NCBI GenBank assembly: GCA_963817955.1 | Contig: CAWFQK010000004.1 | Coordinates: forward strand, 896,001-960,000 | Direction of reading: 5' to 3' | Source of the DNA: an uncultured Gemmatimonadaceae bacterium | Lineage (GTDB): Bacteria; Gemmatimonadota; Gemmatimonadetes; Gemmatimonadales; Gemmatimonadaceae | Length of the DNA stretch: 64,000 nucleotides | Shown here: in pieces, positions 9,439-18,824 of the stretch | Layout of the letters: the number at the start of each line of letters is the position of its first letter | Position numbering within the stretch: position 1 is the stretch's first letter | Position numbers and translations under genes: made by a program | The notes under the pieces: generated by a model | What the model saw: only the letters and a program-made list of their open reading frames with translations | What the model was told of the DNA's origin: nothing | The model's database searches: none

Positions 9439-10829
9439 TGTGAAGTAACGGGCTGATAGGTGAGCAATAATCCGGGCTGATAGGTGAGCCTCGCATGGCA
9501 GCAGGGTGTTCTCTGGAGAACAGAAGCAATCCCCTCACGGGGCGGGAGTCAAAGGGAACGTCCAACGGACGTTCGGGAGAAACCGATTGGTGGCGAGCAG
9601 AATCTCTCCCAGCTCGAGCGGTCCGTAGGCCACAATGAGGCGATCATCGTGCGTGTCGGTCAGGCGCACGTCTTCGCCGGCCAGGTTGTGCGAGAGCGAG
9701 TAGCTGACCTCGCGCACCTTGATCGCGCCGGCGCTGCTGACGCGGCGCACCACGGTCCCCTCCGGATAGCACATCGGGGGCAGGCGGCGCGGATAGGCCC
9801 GCGGCGAGCCGTGATAGGCCGTGCTCGGGGCGCGGTGCCCGGCGACGCTGGCGTGGGGCCGCTCGTCGTTGTATTCGCTGCGAAAGCGATCGAACCGGCG
9901 CTGCTGCGCCACGAACGAGGGCGCGGGCGGGTCCAGCGTGTGGGCCTTGAGGGTTCTGTGAAACCGCTCGTGCGCGCCGTTGGCGGCGGGCTGGCCCGGC
10001 GGCGTGTGCTCGGGCCGGATGCCCAACCGCACCCACCAGAACGCCAGGGAGCCGAGGCGGCCGATCGCGTTGGGCTGGGCGAATGGCACGCCGTTGTCCG
10101 TGCGGAGGACGTCGGGGAGCCCGTACTCGCGGAACAAGCGCTGGAAGCACTGGCGGGCCGTGGGGACCGCGGTACTGCGCAGGGCGGTGCAGCCGAGGAG
10201 AAAATGGCTGTGCAGATCCAACACGGTCAGGGGATAGCATTCGGGCCCGCCGCCTGAGAGCGCGAATTCCCCTTTGAAATCCGCCGTCCAGACCACGTTC
10301 GGGGCGGTCGCGGCGGTGCGCCCACTCGCCAGGCGGGCATGCGTCTGGCCGCGCCGGCGTCTTGAGTCGACCAGGCCGGCCCGTTTGAGCAGCGCCCCGA
10401 TCGTGCTGGCGGCGGGCCACCGTCCTCCCGCCGGTTCGTGCAGCTGCAGCCAATCCCGCAGCTTCTCTGGCCCGTACAGCGGGTGGCGCTTCCGCAACGC
10501 GATGATGCGGGCGGCCATGGCGGGCGACATTTGGTGGGCCTGCCCGTGTCGGGCATGCGAGCGATCCGCGAGGCCCGCCGGCCCGTCGGTCGCAAAGCGG
10601 TTCAGCCACTTATGGCCGGTCTTCTCGCTAATGCCAAACTCGGCGCAGACGGCGAGGAGCGACTCTCTCCGACGCATGCACTGTTGCACAAACGCCAATC
10701 GTTCCGACATCGGTGAACTCTCTTGCCAAGGCACGGACACCTCCCAGAAGTGTGTCCGAACGTAAGGCTGTCTCACCAAGCTCACCTATCAGCCCGGTTT
10801 GTGGCTCACCTATCAGACCGGTTTGTACC
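9439..10829 (-). mobile_element. IS481-family insertion sequence (ends approximate: left TGT at 9439 or 9432; right ~10829-10835)
   Basis: Paired subterminal repeats CGGGCTGATAGGTGAGC (9449-9465, 9473-9489), inverted at 10780-10796 and 10804-10820; DDE transposase inside. Confidence 0.88.
9535..10734 (-). CDS. IS481-family transposase
   Basis: MPWQE start with GGAGG SD; HTH; WTADFKG, LRTDNG.PF, NGAHERFHRTLK, YNDERPH. Confidence 0.93.
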   Translation of the reverse strand: MPWQESSPMSERLAFVQQCMRRRESLLAVCAEFGISEKTGHKWLNRFATDGPAGLADRSHARHGQAHQMSPAMAARIIALRKRHPLYGPEKLRDWLQLHEPAGGRWPAASTIGALLKRAGLVDSRRRRGQTHARLASGRTAATAPNVVWTADFKGEFALSGGGPECYPLTVLDLHSHFLLGCTALRSTAVPTARQCFQRLFREYGLPDVLRTDNGVPFAQPNAIGRLGSLAFWWVRLGIRPEHTPPGQPAANGAHERFHRTLKAHTLDPPAPSFVAQQRRFDRFRSEYNDERPHASVAGHRAPSTAYHGSPRAYPRRLPPMCYPEGTVVRRVSSAGAIKVREVSYSLSHNLAGEDVRLTDTHDDRLIVAYGPLELGEILLATNRFLPNVRWTFPLTPAP

Positions 10830-10866
10830 CTGACAACTGACAACTCACCACTGATCACTGACCACA
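10830..10866. repeat. Degenerate heptamer array CTGAC(A/C)A abutting the IS end
   Basis: CTGACAA CTGACAA CTCACCA CTGATCA CTGACCA. Confidence 0.7.
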
Positions 10867-10908
10867 GCACCCGCGATGCCTGTCCTACTGAGCGAAGGAC
10901 CTGGGAGA

Positions 10909-11021
10909 TCGGATTGGACTCCGGGTATTGGCCGGCTGGATGTCGCTGGCTGCTCCGTAGCGGTCGGCCCACCGGTCGGCGAGTTCCGAGTTGCCAGTTG
11001 TGAGTCGTGCGTTGTGAGTTT
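10909..11021 (+). repeat. ~113-bp dispersed element, copy B
   Basis: 8 mismatches to copy C over 111 nt, no indels. Confidence 0.92.
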
Positions 11022-11070
11022 CCCGTGTCTCGTGTCTCGTGTCCCGTGTCTCGTGTCTCCCGCCCGTGTC
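11022..11070. repeat. Heptamer array (CGTGTCY)n
   Basis: cccgtgt ctcgtgt ctcgtgt cccgtgt ctcgtgt ... Confidence 0.9.
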
Positions 11071-11075
11071 CCCCA

Positions 11076-12080
11076 CTAAAACCGAATCTCCTTCCCCTCC
11101 TCCGCGGCTTTGTAGATCGCTTCCACAATGCGGTGGAGCACCACCTGATCGCTCGGCGACTCGTACGGCGTCTCGCCGCGCACCACGGAGAGGAAGTGCG
11201 CCAGCTCGGCGCGGTACGACTGCGCGAATGCACTTTCACGCCCGGCCGCGCCAGATGGCGAGACGTCCGTTGGCCGGCCGTTCAGCTCCTTCACCACACG
11301 CAGCGGCGCCAGGCGCGCGCTCCCGCGCGTGGCGAGCACTTCGAACCACGACCGCTCCTCCTCACCCACGTACGCCGACGATACATCGAAGAGATACGAT
11401 GACCCGCCGACGCACTCGAGCTGGACGACCATCGATTCCTCGACCGCGCTCGCTCCGCGCGGGCGATCCATGTGCGTCGTGACACGCAGCGGATCCGGAT
11501 AGTCGGCCAGCCAGAGGGCCAGATCGAGCAGCGGAATGCCATAATCGAAGAACGCGCCACCACCCGATTCGGCGCGACGATTTCGCCAACCTTCGGCGGG
11601 GCGTTTGAAGTGGTACGCGCCGGCACGCATGCCGACGATCTTTCCTAGCTCGCCGCCCTGGATGAAGCGCGACAGCGTCTGGACGTCCGTGCGGTATCGA
11701 TGATTATTCGCCACCGCCACCCGACGATCGGACCGAGCCGCCGCGGCAAGAATACGCTCGACACCGCGCGACGAGAGCGACAGCGGCCGCTCGCACAGGA
11801 CGTGGCGCTTGGACGCAAGGGCGCTCAGCACGTGCGGCTCGTGCAAGTGATTCGGCGTCGCGACGACGACCGCATCCAATTCGTCCAGCTCGAGCAGGTC
11901 CTCGATGTCGGTGAACGTGTCGGGAATGCCGAATCGATCGGCCAGGGCCCGAGCCTTGGTGCGGTCGTTGTCGCACACCGCCACGAGTTCGGCATCGCGC
12001 ATCTTCGACAGCACCGGGATGTGCGCGAGCTGCGCGATCGCGCCCGCGCCCACCACTCCGATCTTCACCGTTTCCTTCAT
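11076..12080 (-). CDS. Gfo/Idh/MocA family oxidoreductase
   Basis: IGVVGAGAIA, ATPNHLH, HVLCERP, SGGGAFFDYGI. Confidence 0.9.
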   Translation of the reverse strand: MKETVKIGVVGAGAIAQLAHIPVLSKMRDAELVAVCDNDRTKARALADRFGIPDTFTDIEDLLELDELDAVVVATPNHLHEPHVLSALASKRHVLCERPLSLSSRGVERILAAAARSDRRVAVANNHRYRTDVQTLSRFIQGGELGKIVGMRAGAYHFKRPAEGWRNRRAESGGGAFFDYGIPLLDLALWLADYPDPLRVTTHMDRPRGASAVEESMVVQLECVGGSSYLFDVSSAYVGEEERSWFEVLATRGSARLAPLRVVKELNGRPTDVSPSGAAGRESAFAQSYRAELAHFLSVVRGETPYESPSDQVVLHRIVEAIYKAAEEGKEIRF

Positions 12081-12772
12081 TTCGTCCCCCCTCCCGTCCC
12101 GTTGGTCGTTCGTCCGTGGATCTGACCAAAATAGTAACTGGCGCCACCACGGATTTGTGCCGAGCGAAACCCGCTGAACACATCGGCGCGCGCGCTGCCT
12201 TCCACGCCAATGTGGCCGCCCAGCTTCAACGACACTCCGGCCGTGACGTACAGACCGGCCGCGACGCCGTCGAGCGAGCGCTCCACAAAGGTGCCCTTGA
12301 TCAACGTTCCGTCGGCGTTGATGACGTGCGCGGCAATGCCGGCTCCGAGAAACGGCTTGAGCTCTCCGCTGTACCTGGGCGAATACCGCACGTCCCCACC
12401 AAATGTCACGTCGTAGATCGATATGGGCGACGGCGTGACGTGCGCGTTCGGATTACTGACGCTCTTCTGGAGCGAATCGACGAACGCTTGCACCACCGAT
12501 TGCTGGAGGTGTGAGTTCCAGAAACTCGCATTGACCACCACATGCCAGCCCGGCGAGATCTCCCCGTAGTCGGCCGAGATGGCGGTCAGCGCCGCCGGCT
12601 CGACCTGCGACGGATTGATCCGTCCGAACGCGCCGCCAAGCGACACGATCTGCAACTTGTCGAAGCCGAGTTTCTCCCACATGCCATTCTGTGCATGCAC
12701 CGGACGGCCGCCGAGGAGCAGCGCGACGAACGCCGCTGCCGCGCCTGACACACGCCCGCCACCCCGCAGCAC
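12077..12772 (-). CDS. Hypothetical outer-membrane beta-barrel-like protein
   Basis: Signal peptide (VHA|QN), alternating strands, GGASYYF near C-terminus; GTG 1 nt after the upstream stop. Confidence 0.6.
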   Translation of the reverse strand: MLRGGGRVSGAAAAFVALLLGGRPVHAQNGMWEKLGFDKLQIVSLGGAFGRINPSQVEPAALTAISADYGEISPGWHVVVNASFWNSHLQQSVVQAFVDSLQKSVSNPNAHVTPSPISIYDVTFGGDVRYSPRYSGELKPFLGAGIAAHVINADGTLIKGTFVERSLDGVAAGLYVTAGVSLKLGGHIGVEGSARADVFSGFRSAQIRGGASYYFGQIHGRTTNGTGGGTK

Positions 12773-12773
12773 T

Positions 12774-14135
12774 CTACGTGGCCGGGCCAATCGTTGTTCC
12801 GGGATAGTAGGTATGGAGAATGGTTCGGAAATCCTGGCCGGCTCGTGCACGGCCGATGGCGCCCCACTGGCACATGCCGACGCCATGACCATACCCGCGC
12901 CCGCGGATCATCAGGAGCGCAAGCGTGCCATCCTCCGCCGACGTGGTCTCGAGCGAAAAGTAGGTGCTATTCAAAATCTCGCCACCAAGCGGTCGCAGGA
13001 CATAGCGAACGTCGTTGCCGCGTACGACAAAATTGCCGCGCTCCGTACTGACCGTGATGGTCCCCACGCGGCCAGACGCCGTATGCGACGCCACGGTGAC
13101 GTCGCGCACCCTGCCCGGAACCTTACCGGGCACCGAGGCATACGATGCGAGATACCGCGCGATGGCCGCGTTCAGCGTTCTGGCATCGAGCGTGCGCGTC
13201 CACGTATAGCGCGGCGCGATGTCGCAGTAGGCGCGATCAGTGCCGGGAATCTGGTCGCTCACACTCTGAAGATACGGCTCGTCGGCGGACCGCCAGATCT
13301 CCGACACCGCGGCGGTGGCACCGCCGCACGTCGAATGATACGGCGCGTTCACCACTCGGCCGTTGTATCGCAGGACGAGGGTTCGCGTGGACTCCACCGC
13401 CTGTGAGCCAACCGCGCTTTCCGCCGCGACACCGCCATACACCTGGTCCGTCACGCCGCCCGTCACGTCGTAACCGCGCGACCGGTCGCTGCCGAGATGG
13501 ATGTACGCGTAGCTCCGCGCCGTGACGGCCTGCGCCTGCACGGCTGCTGAATCGGCCAACGAACGCGTGCCGATCTCCGAGGGGACGACGCCAAGGAGAT
13601 AGTCGTCGATCCGGACCACGTTCACCACGACCACTCCGCTGTCGCTTCCGCGGAAGACCATCTCGCCACGATATGGTTTCGTACCAAGATTCAGCAGGGC
13701 CGAACCGAGCGGCTGCGCGGTGATTGGCCCGCTCTGCCACACCGTGGGCACACCGTCGGGCCGCACCGCGCGCACGTGCCGTCCGTCGTGCTCCACCCGC
13801 CAGACGTCGTCCCGTGCGCCACGGATGATCGTACTGCCATCGGCCGCAGTCAGCACGAAGCCGCCCGGGCAAGAAATTCGCGCCACGGCAGCGTCCGCAA
13901 ACAGAAGAACGCGAATCGTGGTGTCCCCCACATCCCGTACAGACCCACCCCCCCCCCCCACAACCGCTTCTCGCGGGGCGCGCCGCGCCGCCGCGCCCGA
14001 CGGCTTGGCGCCGCTTCCACCCGCCGGGGCCGCTGGGGCGGCTACCGGGAGAGGCGTCACGACCGGCGTGGGAGCAGGGCCCGAGCTGGTGCACGCGGCA
14101 AGGACGACGGCCAGCGCGACCGTCCGCCACGTCAT
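12774..14135 (-). CDS. SpoIID/LytB domain lipoprotein (lytic transglycosylase-like)
   Basis: Lipobox LAAC; YRG, YLLGVVPSE, AQAVTARSY, DQVYGG, YHSTCGG, GYGHGVGMCQWGA. Confidence 0.92.
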   Translation of the reverse strand: MTWRTVALAVVLAACTSSGPAPTPVVTPLPVAAPAAPAGGSGAKPSGAAARRAPREAVVGGGGGSVRDVGDTTIRVLLFADAAVARISCPGGFVLTAADGSTIIRGARDDVWRVEHDGRHVRAVRPDGVPTVWQSGPITAQPLGSALLNLGTKPYRGEMVFRGSDSGVVVVNVVRIDDYLLGVVPSEIGTRSLADSAAVQAQAVTARSYAYIHLGSDRSRGYDVTGGVTDQVYGGVAAESAVGSQAVESTRTLVLRYNGRVVNAPYHSTCGGATAAVSEIWRSADEPYLQSVSDQIPGTDRAYCDIAPRYTWTRTLDARTLNAAIARYLASYASVPGKVPGRVRDVTVASHTASGRVGTITVSTERGNFVVRGNDVRYVLRPLGGEILNSTYFSLETTSAEDGTLALLMIRGRGYGHGVGMCQWGAIGRARAGQDFRTILHTYYPGTTIGPAT

Positions 14136-15406
14136 CCGGCTACTCCCATGGCCTCGTCCAGCCGACCGAGCGTCATATCGATGTCGTCATTCGTGTGCGC
14201 CGCAGACACAAATGCAGCCTCGAACGCCGATGGCGCCAGATACACGCCCCGCTCGAGCGCCGCGTGAAAGAACCGCTTGAAGCGTTCGACGTCCGATGTC
14301 TTGGCGTCATCAAACGTTCGCACCGGCTCGGCACGGAAGAAGAACCCCCACATGGAGCCAGCGCTGTCTGCCGTGAACGGCAGCGCACGGCGCGCGGCAA
14401 TCTCTCGGAGTCCCTGCACCAGCCGGGATGTCTTCCGCGTGATGTCGTCGTGCACGTCAGGCGTGAGCGCGCGCAGCGTGGCAATGCCGGCGGCCATCGC
14501 CAACGGATTACCCGACAACGTTCCCGCCTGGTACACGCTGCCCAGCGGCGCAATGTGCTCCATGAGATCCCGCCGTCCACCATACGCCGCCACCGGCAGC
14601 CCACCGCCGATCACCTTGCCGAGTGTGGTGAGATCGGCTCGCACGCCGAAACGCTCACGCGCACCGCCGTAGGCAATACGGAACCCCACCATGACTTCGT
14701 CGAAGATCAGCAGGGCCCCATGCTGGTCCGCGAGCGTCCGCAGCCCTGGGAGGAACGCGGGATCTGGCGCGATGAACCCACTGTTGCCCACGATCGGCTC
14801 GACGATGATCGCCGCCACACGATGCGACGTCAGCAGGGCTTCCACCGCATGCAGATCGTTGAATGGCGCGACAACGGTGAGCGCGGCCAACGCGTCCGGA
14901 ACGCCCGGCGAATTCGGCAAGCCAAGCGTGGCAATGCCAGAGCCCGCGCGCACGAGGAAGGAATCGGCGTGGCCGTGATAGCAGCCGTCGAACTTGAGGA
15001 TGACGTCGCGACCAGTCACGGCGCGCGCCAGACGTACCGCGCTCATCGTCGCCTCGGTGCCGCTCGAGACAAAGCGCATCATCTCGATGTGCGGCAGCCG
15101 CTGCACGATCATCTCGCCGAGCTCCACCTCGAGCTCCGTTGGAATGCCAAAGCTCGTCCCACGGCGCATGGTTTCCGACAAGGCCTCGAGCACCGATTCC
15201 TGCGCGTGGCCAAGCACCAGCGGTCCCCAGGAGAGCACGTAGTCGATGTACTCACGCCCGTCGGCGTCCCAGATGCGCGATCCGGCTCCGCGTTCGGCCA
15301 CGAACGGCTCTCCGCCCACACCGCGGAAGGCGCGCACCGGCGAGTTCACGCCGCCCGGAAAGAGGGCGCGCGCCCGCTCCATGATCTCGTGCGAGCGGCC
15401 GTTCAT
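14132..15406 (-). CDS. hemL: Glutamate-1-semialdehyde 2,1-aminomutase
   Basis: PGGVNSPVRAF, DYVLSWGP, SGTEATMSA, LGKVIGGGLP, YQAGTLSGNP. Confidence 0.96.
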   Translation of the reverse strand: MNGRSHEIMERARALFPGGVNSPVRAFRGVGGEPFVAERGAGSRIWDADGREYIDYVLSWGPLVLGHAQESVLEALSETMRRGTSFGIPTELEVELGEMIVQRLPHIEMMRFVSSGTEATMSAVRLARAVTGRDVILKFDGCYHGHADSFLVRAGSGIATLGLPNSPGVPDALAALTVVAPFNDLHAVEALLTSHRVAAIIVEPIVGNSGFIAPDPAFLPGLRTLADQHGALLIFDEVMVGFRIAYGGARERFGVRADLTTLGKVIGGGLPVAAYGGRRDLMEHIAPLGSVYQAGTLSGNPLAMAAGIATLRALTPDVHDDITRKTSRLVQGLREIAARRALPFTADSAGSMWGFFFRAEPVRTFDDAKTSDVERFKRFFHAALERGVYLAPSAFEAAFVSAAHTNDDIDMTLGRLDEAMGVAG

Positions 15407-16797
15407 CGTCCAAAGCTCCCGATGGAGTCGAACACGGGCAGCGCGCGCGTCCGGTGCGGCACCGGCGGCGGCGGTGGGGGCGCGGCAATCACGCGCACCA
15501 AAGTGGCGCGGAAATCCACATCCTCGACCACTTCGTCCAACCGCACGTCGATGAACGTACCGGGCAGCACGCCCTCCGCGCCGGCCACATACGTCACGCC
15601 GTCAATGTCTTCCGCCTGGCAGGCAATCCGCGCCTGCACCGCACCGTCGTCGACGTGATCGACCAGCGCGCGCACCGTGCGTCCCAGCCGCTCCTCGTAC
15701 CGATCGGCTGAGATGAGCCGCTGCACTTCATTCAACCGCTCCAGGCGCTGCAGTTTCACGTCTTCCGGCACGTCATCCTCCAGTTCTGCCGCGCGCGTCC
15801 CCTGCTGCGGCGAGTAAGTGAACGCGCCCACTCGCTCGAACTGCATCTCGTCGAGAAAGTCGAGCAACGTGTCAAAGTCCTCCTCTGTCTCGCCGGGAAA
15901 GCCGACGATACACGTGGTGCGAATGGCGACGTCTGCCACGACCTCGCGAATGCCCTGCACCCGGGCTCGAATGATCTGTTGGCGCTCAGGGCGCCGCATG
16001 CGCGACAGCACGGCATCTGAGGCATGCTGAATCGGCATGTCGAGGTACGGGAGAATGCGCGGCTCGGTCGCGATCAGCTCGAGCAACTGCGGCGTCAATC
16101 CCGCGGAGTAGAGATAGAGCATGCGGATCCACGGCACCGTCGTCTCGCGCACGAGGGCGGCAAGTAGCTCGGGAAGATGGGCGCCGTCGTGCCGGTCGCG
16201 CCCGTAATGGGCCAGGTCCTGCGCCACGAGATTGAGCTCGCGTGCGCCCTGCGCCTCGAGAAGTTGTGCTTCCTGCGCCACCTCGTCGAGCGAGAAAGAC
16301 CGATGCTTGCCGCGCATGAGCGGAATGGCGCAGAACGCGCAGCCGTGATCACACCCTTCACTGATCTTGAGGTAGCGCACGTGTGGCATGGCGCCGGTGA
16401 ACAGACGCACGCCTGGGTGTACCGCTGGCACGTCGTCCTCATCGATGAGACCGAGACGCTCGAGCTCGGGGATCAACCGATCCATCTCCGATGCGCCGAG
16501 GAAGAGATCGACTTCCGGCAGCGCGTCGATCAACTCGTCCTTGTGCCGCTGCACCATGCACCCGACGCCGACGACCGCCTTGCAGCTCCCCTCGTCCTTG
16601 AGACGCCCGGCCTCGACGAGCGCGTCGATCGACTCCTTCTTCGCCGCGTCGATGAAGCCGCAGGTATTCACGACGATGACGTCGGCCTGCGACATGTCGT
16701 CCGTGTATGCGACACCGCGGTCGGCGAGCTGCGCGACGTACCGTTCGCTATCGACGGTGTTCTTGTCGCAGCCGAGCGTGATGATGGAAAACTTCAT
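15403..16797 (-). CDS. rimO: Ribosomal protein S12 methylthiotransferase
   Basis: LGCDKNTVDSE, VNTCGFI, YLKISEGCDHGCAFCAIP, C-terminal TRAM. Confidence 0.94.
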   Translation of the reverse strand: MKFSIITLGCDKNTVDSERYVAQLADRGVAYTDDMSQADVIVVNTCGFIDAAKKESIDALVEAGRLKDEGSCKAVVGVGCMVQRHKDELIDALPEVDLFLGASEMDRLIPELERLGLIDEDDVPAVHPGVRLFTGAMPHVRYLKISEGCDHGCAFCAIPLMRGKHRSFSLDEVAQEAQLLEAQGARELNLVAQDLAHYGRDRHDGAHLPELLAALVRETTVPWIRMLYLYSAGLTPQLLELIATEPRILPYLDMPIQHASDAVLSRMRRPERQQIIRARVQGIREVVADVAIRTTCIVGFPGETEEDFDTLLDFLDEMQFERVGAFTYSPQQGTRAAELEDDVPEDVKLQRLERLNEVQRLISADRYEERLGRTVRALVDHVDDGAVQARIACQAEDIDGVTYVAGAEGVLPGTFIDVRLDEVVEDVDFRATLVRVIAAPPPPPPVPHRTRALPVFDSIGSFGR

Positions 16798-16815
16798 TTG
16801 TCTCGTGCTCCGACT

Positions 16816-16844
16816 CCCGTGTCCCGTGTCTCGTGTCTCGTGTC
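16816..16844. repeat. Heptamer array between yajQ stop and rimO RBS
   Basis: cccgtgt cccgtgt ctcgtgt ctcgtgt. Confidence 0.85.
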
Positions 16845-16846
16845 GC

Positions 16847-17347
16847 TCACCTGAAATTCCCAAACTTCAGCTCGACACCAAAGTCCCCTTTGCGTAACAG
16901 GACGATCGCTTCCTGGAGATCGTCCTTCGACGGCGACGTGACGCGCACCTGATCGCCCTGGATGGATGCCTGCACCTTCTTCAGCTTGGCGTCCTTGATC
17001 GCCGCCGAGACCTTCTTGGCGGTGTCGGAGTCGAGCGCCGTCTTGAGCTTGACCTCGCGCCGCACCGTGTCGCCAGCCGCCTGCTTGACCTCGCCGATAT
17101 CAAGGTTCTTCACCGGCACGCCGCGCTTGATCAGCTTCGACTGTACCACATCGAATAGCGCGCGCATCTGGAATTCACTGTCGGCGACCAGGTTGATCAG
17201 CTCCTCCGTACGCTTGAACTCGATAGTCGCGTTTGAGCCTTTGAAATCGTAGCGCTGCGCGATTTCCTTCTGCGCCTGGTTGAGCGCGTTGTCCACTTCC
17301 TGCATGTCGACGCCGGTGGTGACGTCGAACGACGAATTCTGCGCCAT
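16847..17347 (-). CDS. yajQ: YajQ family nucleotide/c-di-GMP-binding protein
   Basis: SFDV, EVDNALNQA, RYDFKGS, KVQASIQGDQVRV, FGNFR. Confidence 0.94.
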   Translation of the reverse strand: MAQNSSFDVTTGVDMQEVDNALNQAQKEIAQRYDFKGSNATIEFKRTEELINLVADSEFQMRALFDVVQSKLIKRGVPVKNLDIGEVKQAAGDTVRREVKLKTALDSDTAKKVSAAIKDAKLKKVQASIQGDQVRVTSPSKDDLQEAIVLLRKGDFGVELKFGNFR

Positions 17348-17463
17348 GGGGGTTGGGTTGATTTCCGTACAAGTATATCTCGTCGTCATCGGAACCGCGG
17401 ACAACGACCCGCTGCAACATCGCAACGGGCCGCCGCCCAATGGCACTGCTGACTATCCCCAGC

Positions 17464-18201
17464 TCACGCCGCGCGTTGCGCGGGATCGGCTGAGGACGGG
17501 CTTGCTGCGACAGGCGCGATAGGCGCGGCAGATGGCCCGACGGCCACCGGCGGACTCGCCGGAGCCGAGGGCATGGACCGCGCGCGCTTGGCCGATCGCC
17601 ACTCGGCCAGGAGCTGGGCATTCCCCCGCAGCTTCTGCATGACGATCGGGTCCAGCATCGCCACCGCACTACGGGCTCGCGCCACCTGCTCCTTGATCCC
17701 CGCCGTGGCGCCAATCCGGCGGCGCTCGGCGTCCTTGCGGGCGCTGAGGGCACTCTCCAACGCGTTGGTAGCCTGCACCAACTGATCGACCGTATCCGGG
17801 GCGAGCTGCGCCCGGGTAAAGTCGGCCTCGTACGGCGCCGCCGCGGTCGCCATGCCGCGCGCGGTATTCACGAGCGCCTGCCCGGACAGATGGACCGGAA
17901 GGCGGGACAACGCTTTGAAGCCCGGAACGCCGCGCAGACTCGCACGGGCGAACGTGACGATGGGCTTCATGTGCTGCTCGCGCAGCGCGACGACGAGCTG
18001 GCGATGGCGATTGCCGTGACCGGCGCGGTCACGATCCGCGGCACTCTGCTCGACGACATGAGCCGCGAGCTGCGCGTTGGCGTCGTGAAGTTGTACGCCG
18101 GCCTCGGTGTCCCTCAGACTGCCGACGACGTCGGCATGCACCGCAATGAACGCCTCAGTGCGATTGAAGGACTCTGCTTGATACAACTGGCTTTGCTTCA
18201 T
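17464..18201 (-). CDS. Orphan alpha-helical hypothetical protein (245 aa) with Ala/Pro/Ser-rich tail
   Basis: ATG 18201 with AGGAG SD 9 nt upstream; fills the interval; no family recognised. Confidence 0.75.
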   Translation of the reverse strand: MKQSQLYQAESFNRTEAFIAVHADVVGSLRDTEAGVQLHDANAQLAAHVVEQSAADRDRAGHGNRHRQLVVALREQHMKPIVTFARASLRGVPGFKALSRLPVHLSGQALVNTARGMATAAAPYEADFTRAQLAPDTVDQLVQATNALESALSARKDAERRRIGATAGIKEQVARARSAVAMLDPIVMQKLRGNAQLLAEWRSAKRARSMPSAPASPPVAVGPSAAPIAPVAASPSSADPAQRAA

Positions 18202-18224
18202 GGCTGCATGCTCCTGGTGGACGC

Positions 18225-18272
18225 ACGAGAAAAGAATCCGGCCGACGTGGGCGTCCTTCACGTCGGCCGGAT
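18225..18272 (-). terminator. Intrinsic terminator-like hairpin upstream of the orphan gene
   Basis: 14-bp perfect stem ATCCGGCCGACGTG/CACGTCGGCCGGAT, 9-nt loop, then TCTTTTCTC on the minus strand. Confidence 0.7.
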
Positions 18273-18307
18273 GGGAACTGACAACAATTGTGATGTCGTT
18301 TGCCGCG

Positions 18308-18622
18308 GAGTGACCGTCGATCGGCGGTGAGTGGGCGTCGAATCGGCGAGAGCGGCCGTCGATTCAGCGTGAGCGGCCGTCAAATCGGCGAGAGCGGTCA
18401 TCGATCGCCGGTGAGTGACCGTCGAATCGACGTGAGTGGGCACCGAATCGGCGAGAGCGACCGTCGATCGGCCGTAAGTGACCGTCGAATCGGCGCGAGC
18501 GGTCGCCGAATCGGCTCGAGTGGGCGTCGAATCGGCGTTTAGGTGCGTCGACTCGGCCTGTAGGTGCGTCGCCTCGCCGGTTAGGACCGTCGATTCAGCC
18601 TGTAGGGCCGTCGACCAGCCCT
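18308..18622. repeat. 15 tandem degenerate 21-bp units
   Basis: GAGTGACCGTCGAATCGGCGT-like units, exact 21-nt period, no indels. Confidence 0.92.
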
Positions 18623-18779
18623 CGGTGCCCGTCTAGCGCCGTGCGCGAGCGGCGGTCAGGCTCGCACCGTCGAGGGCGCGGCCAAACTTTGGTATCGCAC
18701 CCCCCTATACTCTAGTCTCCGCGGGCGCACGCTGGCGCAAGAGGAAATTTTTGCCGCCCACGCCGTTGCGCCGTGACGC

Positions 18780-18823
18780 GACACGAGACACGAGACACGA
18801 GACACGAGACACGAGACACGAGA
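18780..18823. repeat. Heptamer array (GACACGA)x6, perfect
   Basis: Direct inspection. Confidence 0.95.
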
Positions 18824-18824
18824 A

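Noticed and set aside
9420..10845. Target-site duplication for IS481, or composite transposon bounded by copies A and B
   Set aside because: No matching direct repeat at candidate ends; A and B lack the IS end motifs and a copy occurs independently at 18.8 kb
14195..15658. Long antisense ORFs (also 25287-26945, 54085-55401 and others)
   Set aside because: Shadow frames of high-GC genes with no recognisable motifs
16798..16863. N-terminal extension of rimO
   Set aside because: Comes from the heptamer array and the yajQ end
18308..18622. CRISPR array
   Set aside because: Contiguous degenerate 21-mers with no unique spacers and no cas genes
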